64,000 nt of DNA from Terriglobia bacterium (GTDB taxonomy: Bacteria; Acidobacteriota; Terriglobia; 20CM-2-55-15), in assembly GCA_965218585.1 (NCBI GenBank), contig CBDCLE010000002.1, positions 352,001 to 416,000 on the forward strand, in the 5' to 3' direction. This document shows, in pieces, positions 20,425 to 30,919 of the stretch; the stretch's first letter is position 1; every line of letters starts with the position of its first letter. Both the position numbers and the translations under genes were made by a program. The notes beneath the pieces are model-generated. The model was not told where the DNA came from and did no database searches. It worked only from the letters and a program-made list of their open reading frames with translations.

Positions 20425-21464
20425 CCTATGGAATCCCACTGTACCGGTTCGTTCTCATCTATCGAGTTGCGTGCCTCGCGGCCGACAACCTCATCGACGT
20501 GCTCCGGAGATATCCCCACGGCAGGCCGAAGGGCATACAACATGTCGCGGGAAATCGTCTCTCCCGGTGCGATGGGGCGCTTGGCGTACAGCGCACGGCG
20601 GGAAGCCGTCAGGTTCTGGCTTTCCGTCTCAGTTCGAACCTTGTCGCGCTGACCCAGCATCGATCTGATCGAACGCAGTTCTTCGATACTTGCACGTAAC
20701 TGCTTGGTGTCGAATGAAACATCACGATCAGGAACGTCACCCCGGGTATCGAGCATGAAATGCCGCTCGAAGACCTGTGCGCCCAAAGACACAGCGATTA
20801 GGGCGCCCATGTTATCGACGCTGTGGTCGGAGAACCCAACGGGCAGTCCGAATCGGTCCCGCAGGAACTCAATCGATTTCAGATTCAACTCCTCAGGTTT
20901 CGGCGGATAAGCTGAAACGCAGTGCAGGAGGATGATCTGGTTATTCTGGGATGTGTAGATCCAATCGATCGCTTTCTCGATCTCGTCGGCCGTACTCATC
21001 CCGGTCGATAACAGAATCGGTTTGCCTTTCCGGGCAATGTGTTTAACCAGAGGACTGTGCGTGATGTCGCCCGAAGCGATCTTGAAGGCACCCACTCCGA
21101 GTTCTTCCAGGAAATCGACACTTTCTTCGTCGAAAGGTGTCGAAAGAAATTCGATTCCTATCCTGTTGGCTTCACTGTGTATGACACGAAAAGCGTCGAA
21201 ATCCAGTTCCAGCTTCTTGAACAGGTCCTGCAGGTCAACGTCCTTGGTGTGGGTAAGCTGGGCACGCGTCTTGGAGTTGAGTCGCTCGGCCTTGAACGTC
21301 TGAAACTTGATCGCGTCGGCTCCGGCCCACTTGGCGGCACGCACCATGGCCATCGCTTTCTCTTTGGAGCCGCCGTGGTTCAGGCCGGCCTCGGCTACAA
21401 AGAACGTCCGGTCGGTGTCCTTCTGCAGAACGTCGAACAGGTTAGCGGTTACATTGTTGGACAT
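20421..21464 (-). CDS. NeuB/PseI-family nonulosonic acid synthase with SAF domain
   Basis: AEAGLNHGG, KFQT, STPFD, KIASGD, LHCVSAYP and GFSDHS motifs. Confidence 0.92.
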   Translation of the reverse strand: MSNNVTANLFDVLQKDTDRTFFVAEAGLNHGGSKEKAMAMVRAAKWAGADAIKFQTFKAERLNSKTRAQLTHTKDVDLQDLFKKLELDFDAFRVIHSEANRIGIEFLSTPFDEESVDFLEELGVGAFKIASGDITHSPLVKHIARKGKPILLSTGMSTADEIEKAIDWIYTSQNNQIILLHCVSAYPPKPEELNLKSIEFLRDRFGLPVGFSDHSVDNMGALIAVSLGAQVFERHFMLDTRGDVPDRDVSFDTKQLRASIEELRSIRSMLGQRDKVRTETESQNLTASRRALYAKRPIAPGETISRDMLYALRPAVGISPEHVDEVVGREARNSIDENEPVQWDSIG

Positions 21465-22411
21465 AGTTCTCTCCTCACGATCTCCCTGACGCGGAACAAT
21501 CCCTGACCGTCCACCAATCTACGACCGGCTTCGGCCAGGCGGTTCATCAGCGAAGGGGTTTCGCGCATCTCCCTTGCGCGTTCGACGACTTCATTTGGGT
21601 GAAGCGCTGACATTACGCCCGCATTTTCGACGGCGCCTCTATCTTCAAAAGCAGCGGCCGTCTTGAGTTGAAGTTCATCGACGCTGAGCGCAATCGTCGG
21701 TACGCCCGCCGCCAACATTTCGTAAAGTGAAATCCCCGCGTTGGAAATCGCAAACAGACAGCGGGATACTGCTTGATGAATCTCGTCACGATTGCGGATC
21801 CAACGAACTAATGGGTTCCGAGGGTTCGGGGAATCCTGTAACGCCGTATCAAACCCTTGTGTCGCACATACCTGGAATCCTTGGTCCGTCAGTCGGTTCA
21901 CAACAGCGTTGAGATACTCAGAATCGACCCCACCACCCAGAGTCACGAATACCTCATCACTGGTCCCGTTGCGCTGCTGTTGCCAGGGGTCGACGACTGT
22001 ATAGTCCGGACCCACGAACATCTTTCGACCGGGATCTGCACCGTAGGGCACTGCTTGAGTGATACTGCCATCGATGACGATGTCGGAATCACACTGAGCC
22101 AATCCCAGATCACGAATGCTGATGTGATGGCAACCCTCGGTCCCGACCCGGTCGGTCACCGGATGAATCCGGCAGAGGTCACTCACAACGAGGGCTGGGA
22201 AACGGGAGGTGTCGTCAAAACGGACCGGAAAATCCCTGTCCGACAGGAAGCGGGCGCAGGGTTCCGATAGCGGGTAGAAATCGATCTTCGCGTCGCGGGC
22301 GAGACCCTCTGCGATTCTGAGGCAACGCACGACATGTCCATAGCCCACCTCGGGTCCGGCATCGACAACGAAACCAATATCGGCAACTTTACTGTTAGTT
22401 GACCTGACCAC
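21449..22411 (-). CDS. PseG/SpsG-like UDP-sugar hydrolase
   Basis: DAGPEVGYGHVVRC, TLGGG and VDGQG motifs; GTG start after GAGG. Confidence 0.78.
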   Translation of the reverse strand: MVRSTNSKVADIGFVVDAGPEVGYGHVVRCLRIAEGLARDAKIDFYPLSEPCARFLSDRDFPVRFDDTSRFPALVVSDLCRIHPVTDRVGTEGCHHISIRDLGLAQCDSDIVIDGSITQAVPYGADPGRKMFVGPDYTVVDPWQQQRNGTSDEVFVTLGGGVDSEYLNAVVNRLTDQGFQVCATQGFDTALQDSPNPRNPLVRWIRNRDEIHQAVSRCLFAISNAGISLYEMLAAGVPTIALSVDELQLKTAAAFEDRGAVENAGVMSALHPNEVVERAREMRETPSLMNRLAEAGRRLVDGQGLFRVREIVRRELCPTM

Positions 22412-22985
22412 GTGTCCTCTTGACCAAACTCTTCCAACCATCCAGCACAGGAGCAATCTCATACTCCAGGACGTCGCAGACCGAAATCCAGAATCCGTTC
22501 TCCTGGGCGGAGATCAATTCTCCCAAAGCCTGCTCCAGGGAAGCAATCATTGCTGGACGGGTATCGCCTTCCTCACCGTGAACCCAACCCAGATCCTCTG
22601 AAAATATGCTGAACAAGACCGCAAGTGATTCTAAATACTGGGAAAGTGCCTGATAGGCCTGCTCCTGGTCGCGACTCTCGAAAAGCCGTACGATCGCAGC
22701 CCCAGCCTCGGCGACCTGATCCAATTCCTTATCCAGCTCCCCGAGAGACTCACGTACGACACTGTCAAAGTCCCCACTTTCGATGTCAATCTGCTCCAGG
22801 CCGCCGAGTTCTTGCTCGCAGAGGCCGTCGTCTCGATAGCTCATCGCTTCCTGGTCGCCGAAACTTACGTTCGTAATGCATTGACCCGACTTCAGATAGT
22901 CGGTCTCGAGCCAGTCCAACAGGTCACCCCAGGTAGCCAACTGCCCGGGGATGTCGATGGGGTCCTGGTTTACTCGGATGTTCAT
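22395..22985 (-). CDS. acidic hypothetical protein of the flagellar glycosylation locus
   Basis: 196 aa in the operon; C-terminal DVLEYEIAP motif. Confidence 0.65.
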   Translation of the reverse strand: MNIRVNQDPIDIPGQLATWGDLLDWLETDYLKSGQCITNVSFGDQEAMSYRDDGLCEQELGGLEQIDIESGDFDSVVRESLGELDKELDQVAEAGAAIVRLFESRDQEQAYQALSQYLESLAVLFSIFSEDLGWVHGEEGDTRPAMIASLEQALGELISAQENGFWISVCDVLEYEIAPVLDGWKSLVKRTRGQVN

Positions 22986-23030
22986 CTTATGACTCCACTG
23001 GGAAGCTTGACGGCGGTCATTTTTCCGACT

Positions 23031-24311
23031 TCAAGCTTCTGTTACGCCGGTGGCGGCTGGAACGGCCGAACCTCCGGAATTCAACAACTTCTGCTCCAAA
23101 ACCTGCACTTCCTCGGTAAAGAAAGGCTGTGTCTGGAGGCGGTCTAGAATCTTCTCTGCTGCATTTCGGTTTCCTTTTTCCAGATACATGTGGCCCTTCT
23201 GGAGCATGGTCAGAGGACCAGACCAGCGCGGCGGCACCAATTGGGGCTCCATTCGCTCAAAGAGTCGGGACCACTCGCTGGCAATAGATCTCCATGAATA
23301 ACGGCCAAATGCGCGGGAGCGGGCAGCGGCGGACATCGCCTGGTGCCGCTGGGGATTCCTCGCCAGCTCGACTACAGCCTCGACAAACTTTCGCTTGTAC
23401 GTTTCAGAAGATGGATCCCCTTCGATGCAGAATCCGGTTTCTCCGTCAGCAACTGTCTCGTTAAGGCCGGCCTTGGCGGACGTGACAACGACGGCGCCAC
23501 AAGCCTGAGCTTCGATGGCGGCGATGCAGGAGGTTTCATCGAAGGTGTTGGGATAGAGCAGGAAGCCACTCCGGGAGAGCTCCTCTAACAGCAACTTCTG
23601 CCCGACGCTGCCGTGCATCGTCACGCCGGGCTGCTCAGCAACCTTATATAGGTCACCATAAGCCTCACGATCGTTGTCCTCGGTCCAGCCGTAGACTTTC
23701 ATACTGCTGAAAACGTCCAACGACATGTTTCCAACCTGCTCTCGGATCCGCGGGAACATTTCCAGCAAACCCTTCAGACCCCGAAACGGGGTGCTGGAGT
23801 AAATGCCGTTGGTCCAGATCTTCTGCCGCTGGGCAGGGACCAGGTCGTCCCTGAAGCCGTTTCGTGTGGCGACGACCTTTTCCGGGGAAAGATCAAAGGT
23901 GTCGATGAACGTAGACCGTTGCCATTCGCTCACACAGAAGTGCAGGTCGATGTTGTCCTGAATCGCCGGGTGACCCAGGTTCGATATCGCCGGTTGATCG
24001 AACGCGTCACCGGTCCAGAAAATCGTGCGTGGCGCGACGCGGCCTATCAGAAACGGATCGAACGAGCGGAAAGAGATAAAGACATCCCACGGTGTGACTC
24101 GGAATTCTTCGAAAAAACGATGGTGGTGCTGGTAGCGGACACCGTCGTAGATTTCCGGTTCGGGGCAGTTGCAGTAAACGCGCACCGAATGGCCGATCCC
24201 AGCTAACTCGCGCGCCATGTAAACGATGCCGCTTTCGCTGCCTCCAAGCGGCCCTTCCACGGGTGAATTTCCGTGAAAAGGTATGCCGTTGTTGTAGATT
24301 GCAATATTCAT
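23031..24311 (-). CDS. GT4 glycosyltransferase
   Basis: GGSES, YSSTPFRGL and ETSCIAAIEAQACG motifs; ATGA overlap at 24311. Confidence 0.88.
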   Translation of the reverse strand: MNIAIYNNGIPFHGNSPVEGPLGGSESGIVYMARELAGIGHSVRVYCNCPEPEIYDGVRYQHHHRFFEEFRVTPWDVFISFRSFDPFLIGRVAPRTIFWTGDAFDQPAISNLGHPAIQDNIDLHFCVSEWQRSTFIDTFDLSPEKVVATRNGFRDDLVPAQRQKIWTNGIYSSTPFRGLKGLLEMFPRIREQVGNMSLDVFSSMKVYGWTEDNDREAYGDLYKVAEQPGVTMHGSVGQKLLLEELSRSGFLLYPNTFDETSCIAAIEAQACGAVVVTSAKAGLNETVADGETGFCIEGDPSSETYKRKFVEAVVELARNPQRHQAMSAAARSRAFGRYSWRSIASEWSRLFERMEPQLVPPRWSGPLTMLQKGHMYLEKGNRNAAEKILDRLQTQPFFTEEVQVLEQKLLNSGGSAVPAATGVTEA

Positions 24312-26062
24312 GCTTCGTGTGACCTCTCCTGCCGGACGATTTTGAGGTGGGGACCGGCCGACAACCTGGCGGCAACTTGCGGCTCGCTCTGTTTCTGATG
24401 GATCCAGTCCCGAAGCTGGGGCACCTGATCGTCCATCACCGTGAAGTGCTCCTCCAGTTCCTTCCACATCTGCTTACGCTCGAGTATCAGGCTCCGGTAG
24501 ATCCAATGATCCGGCGTCGCCTGACCTCGAGCGATGACCTCGTCCAGGTGGAAGAGAGCGTCGTCGAGGAGACCTCCACGCGCTTCGTAGATACTCAACG
24601 TGGGTAAAAGACTGGTATTCTGCGTCTTCTCGTAACCATGACGCAGGTGACGGGCGGCACGAACGAATTCACCGTCATTCCCATAAACGTGACTGATATT
24701 GATACGTGCATCGATTATTGACTGATCGCTGCGTATCGCCGCTTCCAAATGCTCACGCGCCTTGTCGTTATCGCCCCGCTCCAGGTAGGCCGCTCCTCGC
24801 AACGACTCGGCAACCGCATCACCGGGAAACCGGTCTCCAAGCAACTCGAGCGCAACGTCGGGGCGTTTCAACTGGAGGTTCGCTTTGGTCAGCGCCAGTC
24901 GGACATCCCGCCGCTCGGGGTGGTGAGTCAGAAGTTCTTCCAGGATTGTGGCAGCCTCGCTGAATTCGCTGGCGTCAGTGTGAATTGCCGCAAGTTCCAG
25001 CACGGGTTCGGCAAAGGCTGGATCAAGATGATGCGCACGCCTGTAGTAAGAAGTCGCCTTCTCCAACTGGTCTGTTTTCCTATACGTAAGACCTATGTTG
25101 AAGGTGGCTACAGGATTCCCGATGCTCCGTTCCAGACAAATCCGGTATGACTTCCGGGCTCTCTTGTAGTCGCCGAGCGCCAGCCAAACATTGCCCCGTT
25201 CGAGGTGAAGTTCGAACGTATCCAACCCATGCTCGGCGGCCCGATCCAGAAGCCTGCCCGCCTCTTCGTGGTCGCCAAGACTCTTTTCGGCTACGGCGCA
25301 GTGAAGAAGACTTAGGGGATATCCCGACATTTCAAACGATTTGAGAAACGGCTCGCGGGCATCGGCGTGCCTTCCCAGTTCCTGAAGCTGGATGCCGTAA
25401 TCCATGTAAGCCTTCGCGTTGGTCGGATCCTCTTCAAGTTTCTTCTCACCCAACTTTAGATACAGATGCTGCTTTTCGACAACGCGGTCTTCCCCACGCA
25501 CCTTCCCGAAATGGTGGATGGGCACGTCGAGTGTCGAAAAACTGAGGTTCTCGGGCAGCCATGTTGGATCGATGATTTCGTGAACGGCCCCCTGGAAGCG
25601 GAGCCTTTCGTCGTTTCTGAAGAATCGGATCAGGGGATTGTCCACAAACCCCGGATAGGGTCGGCCTTCGTCGTAGTCACTGGTGTTGGGTGCCCATCCG
25701 TGAAGGTGGTTTTGATAGACATAGTTCCGTTGGATGAGGTTGTAGCCGTCATAGGATCCGGACATCGCCTTTTCTAGCTTCGCCAGGTCGCTGGCGGCAA
25801 TGCATTCATCGGCATCCAGGACGAGAATCCAGGAATGCTGCGCCTGGGCCAGGGAAATGTTGCGGGCGTTTCCGAAATGATCCGACCACTCGCTGTGAAT
25901 AATCCTCGGGGAGAAGGGTTCCACTCTCTCCAGAGTCCGGTCCGTGCTGCCGGTGTCCACAATTATGACTTCGGAAACTAAAGAAATGACACTGGAGACG
26001 GCCTTTGCTATCCAATCTTCTTCATTCTTAACGATCATGCATAGAGATATTCCGTTCGTCAT
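24308..26062 (-). CDS. GT2 + TPR flagellin glycosyltransferase
   Basis: ISLCMIVKNEE, DTGSTD, LDADE and VHE motifs followed by TPR repeats; divergent from fliC. Confidence 0.88.
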   Translation of the reverse strand: MTNGISLCMIVKNEEDWIAKAVSSVISLVSEVIIVDTGSTDRTLERVEPFSPRIIHSEWSDHFGNARNISLAQAQHSWILVLDADECIAASDLAKLEKAMSGSYDGYNLIQRNYVYQNHLHGWAPNTSDYDEGRPYPGFVDNPLIRFFRNDERLRFQGAVHEIIDPTWLPENLSFSTLDVPIHHFGKVRGEDRVVEKQHLYLKLGEKKLEEDPTNAKAYMDYGIQLQELGRHADAREPFLKSFEMSGYPLSLLHCAVAEKSLGDHEEAGRLLDRAAEHGLDTFELHLERGNVWLALGDYKRARKSYRICLERSIGNPVATFNIGLTYRKTDQLEKATSYYRRAHHLDPAFAEPVLELAAIHTDASEFSEAATILEELLTHHPERRDVRLALTKANLQLKRPDVALELLGDRFPGDAVAESLRGAAYLERGDNDKAREHLEAAIRSDQSIIDARINISHVYGNDGEFVRAARHLRHGYEKTQNTSLLPTLSIYEARGGLLDDALFHLDEVIARGQATPDHWIYRSLILERKQMWKELEEHFTVMDDQVPQLRDWIHQKQSEPQVAARLSAGPHLKIVRQERSHEA

Positions 26063-26181
26063 GGTGGGGATTAATGCAAGCGGGACACCAAAACGGATTC
26101 TCTCGGACCAACTCATTACACATTGCAAAATAAAACAATCTGAATACCTTAGGCGAGGGTGTCGGTTTTTGACATCAGGTC

Positions 26182-26209
26182 TAAAGTTCGACACCGACTG
26201 ACTCGATAA
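26182..26209 (+). promoter_or_regulatory. sigma28 promoter of fliC copy 1
   Basis: TAAA-N16-CTCGATAA. Confidence 0.72.
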
Positions 26210-26308
26210 GTTGTGTGATGGTCCAAGGGTGGACCGATCAGCCCAGGACGGAATTAACCCAAAACGTCGCAAGGATGCGGCAATCAGTTTCATGGAGGAA
26301 GCTTAAAA

Positions 26309-27136
26309 ATGAGCTTTTCAGTAGTTACAAACCTTTCATCGATTCAGGCCCAGTCGACTTTGGATATGACTCAGAGCGGTTTGCAGCGGACCCTGTCCCG
26401 ACTCACATCAGGACTGCGTATCAATAGTGCTGCCGACGCCGACGCCGGTCTGGCCGTTGCCAACCGTCATAAGCTGGACAACACCGGCCTGACGATCGGT
26501 ATCCGGAGTGCGAATGATGCCATCAGCAAGCTGCAGATCGAAGACGGCGCGCTGAACAATATCTCCTCGCTGCTCGATCGTGCTCTGACTCTGGCCAGCC
26601 AGGCCGCTTCAGACACATTCACGGGCTCCAGGGCCACGCTGGACTCCGAGTTCCAGTCGGTCCTCTCGGAAATCACCAGAAACGCGACTGCTGCGGGTAT
26701 TGAAACCAGCAACGCCAACCTGAACGCACGGTCGGTCTTTGTTGGAAACACCCAGACGAGTACTTCCGCGACGGTCACTTACGTAAGTTTCGCTCTGACC
26801 ACAGCCGTCGACTCCGAGGGTCTTGGCGTCAGCACGCAGAACATCACCAGCCAGGCCAACGCAGCCACCGCCATCTCGACGCTCCAGACCGCCATCGGTA
26901 CGCTCGGTACGGTCCAGGGTCGGGTCGGTGCGGCAATGAACCGTTTGAGTTTCGCCGTCTCTCAGGCGCAGACGATGTCGGTGAGTGTCCGGGCTTCGGA
27001 ATCCCGAATCCGTGACGCCAACATTGCTGAGGAAGCTGCTTCGTTGACGAAGCTCAACATCCTGACCCAGAGTGGTTTAGCTGCTCTGTCGCAGGCGAAC
27101 TCCTCGTCTCAGTCTGTACTTCAGCTGCTTCGTTAA
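26309..27136 (+). CDS. fliC: flagellin (short, 275 aa), copy 1
   Basis: RLTSGLRINS, SRIRDANIAEE and C-terminal QSVLQLLR motifs. Confidence 0.96.
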   Translation: MSFSVVTNLSSIQAQSTLDMTQSGLQRTLSRLTSGLRINSAADADAGLAVANRHKLDNTGLTIGIRSANDAISKLQIEDGALNNISSLLDRALTLASQAASDTFTGSRATLDSEFQSVLSEITRNATAAGIETSNANLNARSVFVGNTQTSTSATVTYVSFALTTAVDSEGLGVSTQNITSQANAATAISTLQTAIGTLGTVQGRVGAAMNRLSFAVSQAQTMSVSVRASESRIRDANIAEEAASLTKLNILTQSGLAALSQANSSSQSVLQLLR

Positions 27137-27145
27137 AGAATTTAT

Positions 27146-27219
27146 GGGGACTGACACCGGATTCATTGAAATTAAAGTAGTTAACTGATCAAGCGGAAAT
27201 GAATACGATGTCGGTTTCC
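27146..27219. repeat. REP-like imperfect inverted repeat, possibly acting as a terminator after fliC
   Basis: ggggactgacaccggattcatt ... aatgaatacgatgtcggtttcc, followed by a T run. Confidence 0.5.
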
Positions 27220-27249
27220 TGATTTTTTTCGAAAATATCCGGGGGTCTC

Positions 27250-27277
27250 TAAAGAGGCCTCCGGGGACCGCCGATAA
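27250..27277 (+). promoter_or_regulatory. sigma28 promoter of fliD-fliS
   Basis: TAAA-N16-GCCGATAA with consensus boxes. Confidence 0.85.
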
Positions 27278-27316
27278 CGTGGTTGCGAACGAGATCGAGA
27301 GATCGAGGAGACAACC

Positions 27317-28671
27317 ATGCCGGGCGAGATTAATTTTCAGGTTTCAACGGCTTCGACTTCAACCAAATCATTGACGTCACGATCGAAGCCGAAAGTGCTC
27401 CCCTCAAAGCCTTAGAGCAACAAGACAAAGACCTCAGAACGAAAGATTCCGCACTGGGATCTTTCGGCGTCGAAGTCGCCGATCTTCAGGATCCCGTCGG
27501 GGATCTGGTTCTGGCTACGGCATTTACAGACCTCGAGGCAGCCTCCACCGACAAGGACGTGGCCACTGTAACGCTCGGCGACAACGCGGTTGCCGGCACA
27601 TACGACCTTGTCATCACACAACTGGCTAAAGCCCAGACCACTGCATCCACAAACGGATATACCAACACGACCGACACGGCGGCCGATGGCGGCACGATTT
27701 CGTTTACGATCGGTGCGAGTACGACAACCGACATCACGATCAGCGCCGCAACCTCGGTAGCTGAACTCAAGACATTAATCAACGACCAGAATTCGGGCGT
27801 CGTGGCTTCTGTCGTCAATGACGGCACCAACAACAAGCTGGTGATTTCGAGTCGGGTGACGGGTGCAACCAACGGATTCACGATCAACAACAGCCTGACC
27901 AATGGTGTCAGCACAGTCGTCGCATTTGCGGTGGGCCAGAGTCCGTCGGTCGGCAACAGCCAGGACGCACAGGATTCGGCCTTTACGGTCAACGGCCTCG
28001 CGATCACGAGCGCCACGAACGCTGTGACCGACGCCGTTCCCGGCACGACCGTAACGCTGGTCAAGGCCGGATCGGCATCCATCAACGTAACGAACGATTA
28101 CGACACGCTCAAAGAAAACGTCAAGACCTTCATTACGGAATTCACCGCCTTGAAGGAATTCTTCGACAAGCAGACCCAGATCGACAGCATCACCGGAAAA
28201 CCGGGACCGCTGGCCAACGACACGATTCTGCGGCAGGCTCTGTCGGACGTTAAGAACACAATACTGACCTCGAACGGGAACAACGGTCAGTACTCATACT
28301 TGACCGAGATCGGCGTGGAGTTCGAGCAGGCTGGAACTCTGAAGCTGGACGAGGAAAAGTTTAACACCGCAATCGATACAGCGGTTACCGACCTTCAGAA
28401 GCTGTTCCAGGGTGACGGCACCGTGGACAGCGTTTTTGACGATCTAAAGTCGGCTCTCGCGAACATCGACAACACCGCGGGGTTGATCAAGACGACACGG
28501 ACCGCGCTGGACCTGTCGATGAAGAAGATCCGCGATCAGATTCTGGGGCAGCAACTGCGCCTGGAACTGAGACGGACGGAGCTTCAGAAGATGTTTACAG
28601 CGGCTGATCTGGCAATGTCCCGGATCAGCTCACAACAGGGCGCACTCGGAGCAATCGGATTTGCGTTCTAG
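27317..28671 (+). pseudogene. fliD: filament cap protein FliD, -1 frameshift near the N-terminus
   Basis: GAGGAG RBS and ATG 27317 (MPGEINF); adding one T to T4 (27334-27337) joins SGFNGFDFNQII to the 27559-28671 FliD ORF. Confidence 0.85.
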
Positions 28672-30408
28672 CCCGCATGTTTCACCAGTCCGGCGATCAG
28701 GGGGATTTGGGCAGTAAGAATCGGATTCGGGAGGATCTGGGTTCGAATTGGGCATGTGTGGCGTGACTCGCCGGTGTCGACAAGCGGGAGTTGCTGCGTT
28801 TTCGGGTTCAGAAGAGGGTGACGAAACGCACTGAGACAAACCTCGGCGGAGCCGAAAAGAGCGAGTCGATTTTGGCGCAGGGGATCGGGTCGGTTCTCAG
28901 CAGCGCAGAGGAAGCGCCTGCAGGTTTCGATGGACGAGGGCAAAGACCTCGGCGTAGGGATAGGCTTCCGACATGGAGATCCAGATGTTGCGAACCGTCA
29001 GACGGACTTGAGCTCCGATCTTGAGGAGCTTCAAGCGGATCGTCTGGCACTGAGCGCGGGCCAGATCGGTATTCTTCAGTCCCAGACGGCGTAACGCGTG
29101 CAGGAGCATGTAGGCGGCCGAGGACAGATAGAGCCGGAGTTGATTGGCGCGCATGGTTGCCGCGCTGGTCCGGTCGGCGAATAGATCCAACTGCTGTTCC
29201 TTGATGCGATTTTCCATGTCGCCCCGCGCACAGTAAAAGTCTTCATAGAGGGCGCGGGCGTCCAGGCGTTCCGGCGACAGTGAGGTCACAACGAATCGAG
29301 GATTGGCGCCTTTCTCCAGGAACTCGGCCTTGCCGATGACGCGTCGGGTGCAGGTCCAGCTCTTCCGAGTGCGATACCGGAAATCGTTAAACACCCGCGC
29401 CGGTTTCCCGGTGTCGTTAAACTCGGCTTCGGCCTGACTCATCGATTCAGCGATCTCGCGCTTGAGCCGATCGTTCTTGGCCAGACCCACCACGTAATCG
29501 ACCTGGTGGGCCTCGCACCAACTCAGCAATTCATCCCGGCAAAAGCCCGAGTCGGCCCGGATGATAATCGACACCTCCGGCCAGCTCTGCCGGATCTGGC
29601 CGATGATGCGGTTCAATTCCTCGACGGCGCCGTCCGCACCGTCGACATTGGAGCACCGCAACCGGGCGCATAGCAGATGCTCTCCCGAAAAGATGTAGAG
29701 CGGCAGATAACAGTAGTTGCCGTAGTAGCCGTGAAAGAACCGTCCTTCCTGATGGCCATGGATCGGATCATCGGTCGCATCCAGGTCCAGAACAATCTCC
29801 TCGGGCGCCGATCCGTGAGCCGCCACAAATGCATCCACCATCCAGCGGTCGATCTTGTCCGGGTCCATGGCCATCTTCTTGTACCGCTCCTTCCCATCGA
29901 CTTGCTCCCCGGTCAGTTCCAACCGGTTCAGCGTACACTTGCCCGCCAACGCTTTTCCCCGGTCTCGGGCCTGCCGCCGCTTCTCCCCCAGTGGATCGGC
30001 CTTATCCACCGCCACGGCCAGCATCGGATCGGTCCGCAGTTGGTCATGATCGTTCAGATCCTCGTAGCCCAGACAGAGTCCGTAGACGCGCTGCCCCAAT
30101 AACTCGCTCACCGTGTGTTCGATCAACCTCGCGTCCCGGTAATCCCTGAAACACTCGGCCAGTCCGGCGATCAGACCCGTTCGCTTTTCCACTTCCCTCA
30201 ACAGCAGAACCCCAGCGTCGGAGGTGATCTTTCCGCCGTCAAAACGCGCCTTCACTTTTCGTTGAAGAAGTCCGTGAAATTCGAACGTCGTTTGGTTACA
30301 CTCTGTTCTCATAAGGGCCGTCTCCGTTTGGCTTGTTAAACGTTTATTTCAAAACGCTTTATGCCAGACAGGGCGGCCTTTTCTGGTCCTATTGGTGAAA
30401 TATGCGGG
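28672..30408 (-). mobile_element. IS1380-family insertion sequence
   Basis: IRs cccgcatgtttcacca / tggtgaaatatgcggg; CTAG duplicated at 28668-28671 and 30409-30412. Confidence 0.93.
28897..30312 (-). CDS. IS1380 transposase
   Basis: FDGGKITSDAG, DLDATDD, RADSGF and RGDMENRIKEQ motifs; intact 471 aa. Confidence 0.95.
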   Translation of the reverse strand: MRTECNQTTFEFHGLLQRKVKARFDGGKITSDAGVLLLREVEKRTGLIAGLAECFRDYRDARLIEHTVSELLGQRVYGLCLGYEDLNDHDQLRTDPMLAVAVDKADPLGEKRRQARDRGKALAGKCTLNRLELTGEQVDGKERYKKMAMDPDKIDRWMVDAFVAAHGSAPEEIVLDLDATDDPIHGHQEGRFFHGYYGNYCYLPLYIFSGEHLLCARLRCSNVDGADGAVEELNRIIGQIRQSWPEVSIIIRADSGFCRDELLSWCEAHQVDYVVGLAKNDRLKREIAESMSQAEAEFNDTGKPARVFNDFRYRTRKSWTCTRRVIGKAEFLEKGANPRFVVTSLSPERLDARALYEDFYCARGDMENRIKEQQLDLFADRTSAATMRANQLRLYLSSAAYMLLHALRRLGLKNTDLARAQCQTIRLKLLKIGAQVRLTVRNIWISMSEAYPYAEVFALVHRNLQALPLRC

Positions 30409-30456
30409 CTAGTCAGACGTACGGGCCAGGGCCGTACTAACAAGGAAGAGGAACCT

Positions 30457-30903
30457 ATGAACTATTCGAACTATGAATCAGCGGCTTACAAGGAGACGTC
30501 GGTAACGACTTCCAGCCAAACTCAGCTGATTGTCATGCTCTACGAAGGAGCGATCCGCTTTCTTCGTGAAGCGACTGACGCGATCGAAAAGAACAACATC
30601 ACTGCCAAAGCCAATGCGTGTGATCGCGCTCTGGCCATCGTTCAGCACCTCCATCTCTCGCTCGACATGGAACGTGGCCAGGAGATCTCCGCTGAGTTGG
30701 AACGATTCTACAGCTTCGTCATTTCGAAGATCGTGGACGGGTCGAGCCAACTGTCTGCGAAGAACTTGGATGAGGCAATCAAAGTGCTAGATATACTCCG
30801 TACTGCATGGACTGAGTTGGCCCAGAAGGAGCAAGCAGAAGAGGTCCCTACGGAACTGCTGGCCTCCCAGGCTGCTAAGGGTCGGCTGGCGCTGAACGGA
30901 TAA
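30457..30903 (+). CDS. fliS: flagellin chaperone FliS
   Basis: AYKETSV...QLIVMLYEGAIRFL; start placed at ATG 30457. Confidence 0.93.
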   Translation: MNYSNYESAAYKETSVTTSSQTQLIVMLYEGAIRFLREATDAIEKNNITAKANACDRALAIVQHLHLSLDMERGQEISAELERFYSFVISKIVDGSSQLSAKNLDEAIKVLDILRTAWTELAQKEQAEEVPTELLASQAAKGRLALNG

Positions 30904-30919
30904 ATCACAGGAGAAATAG

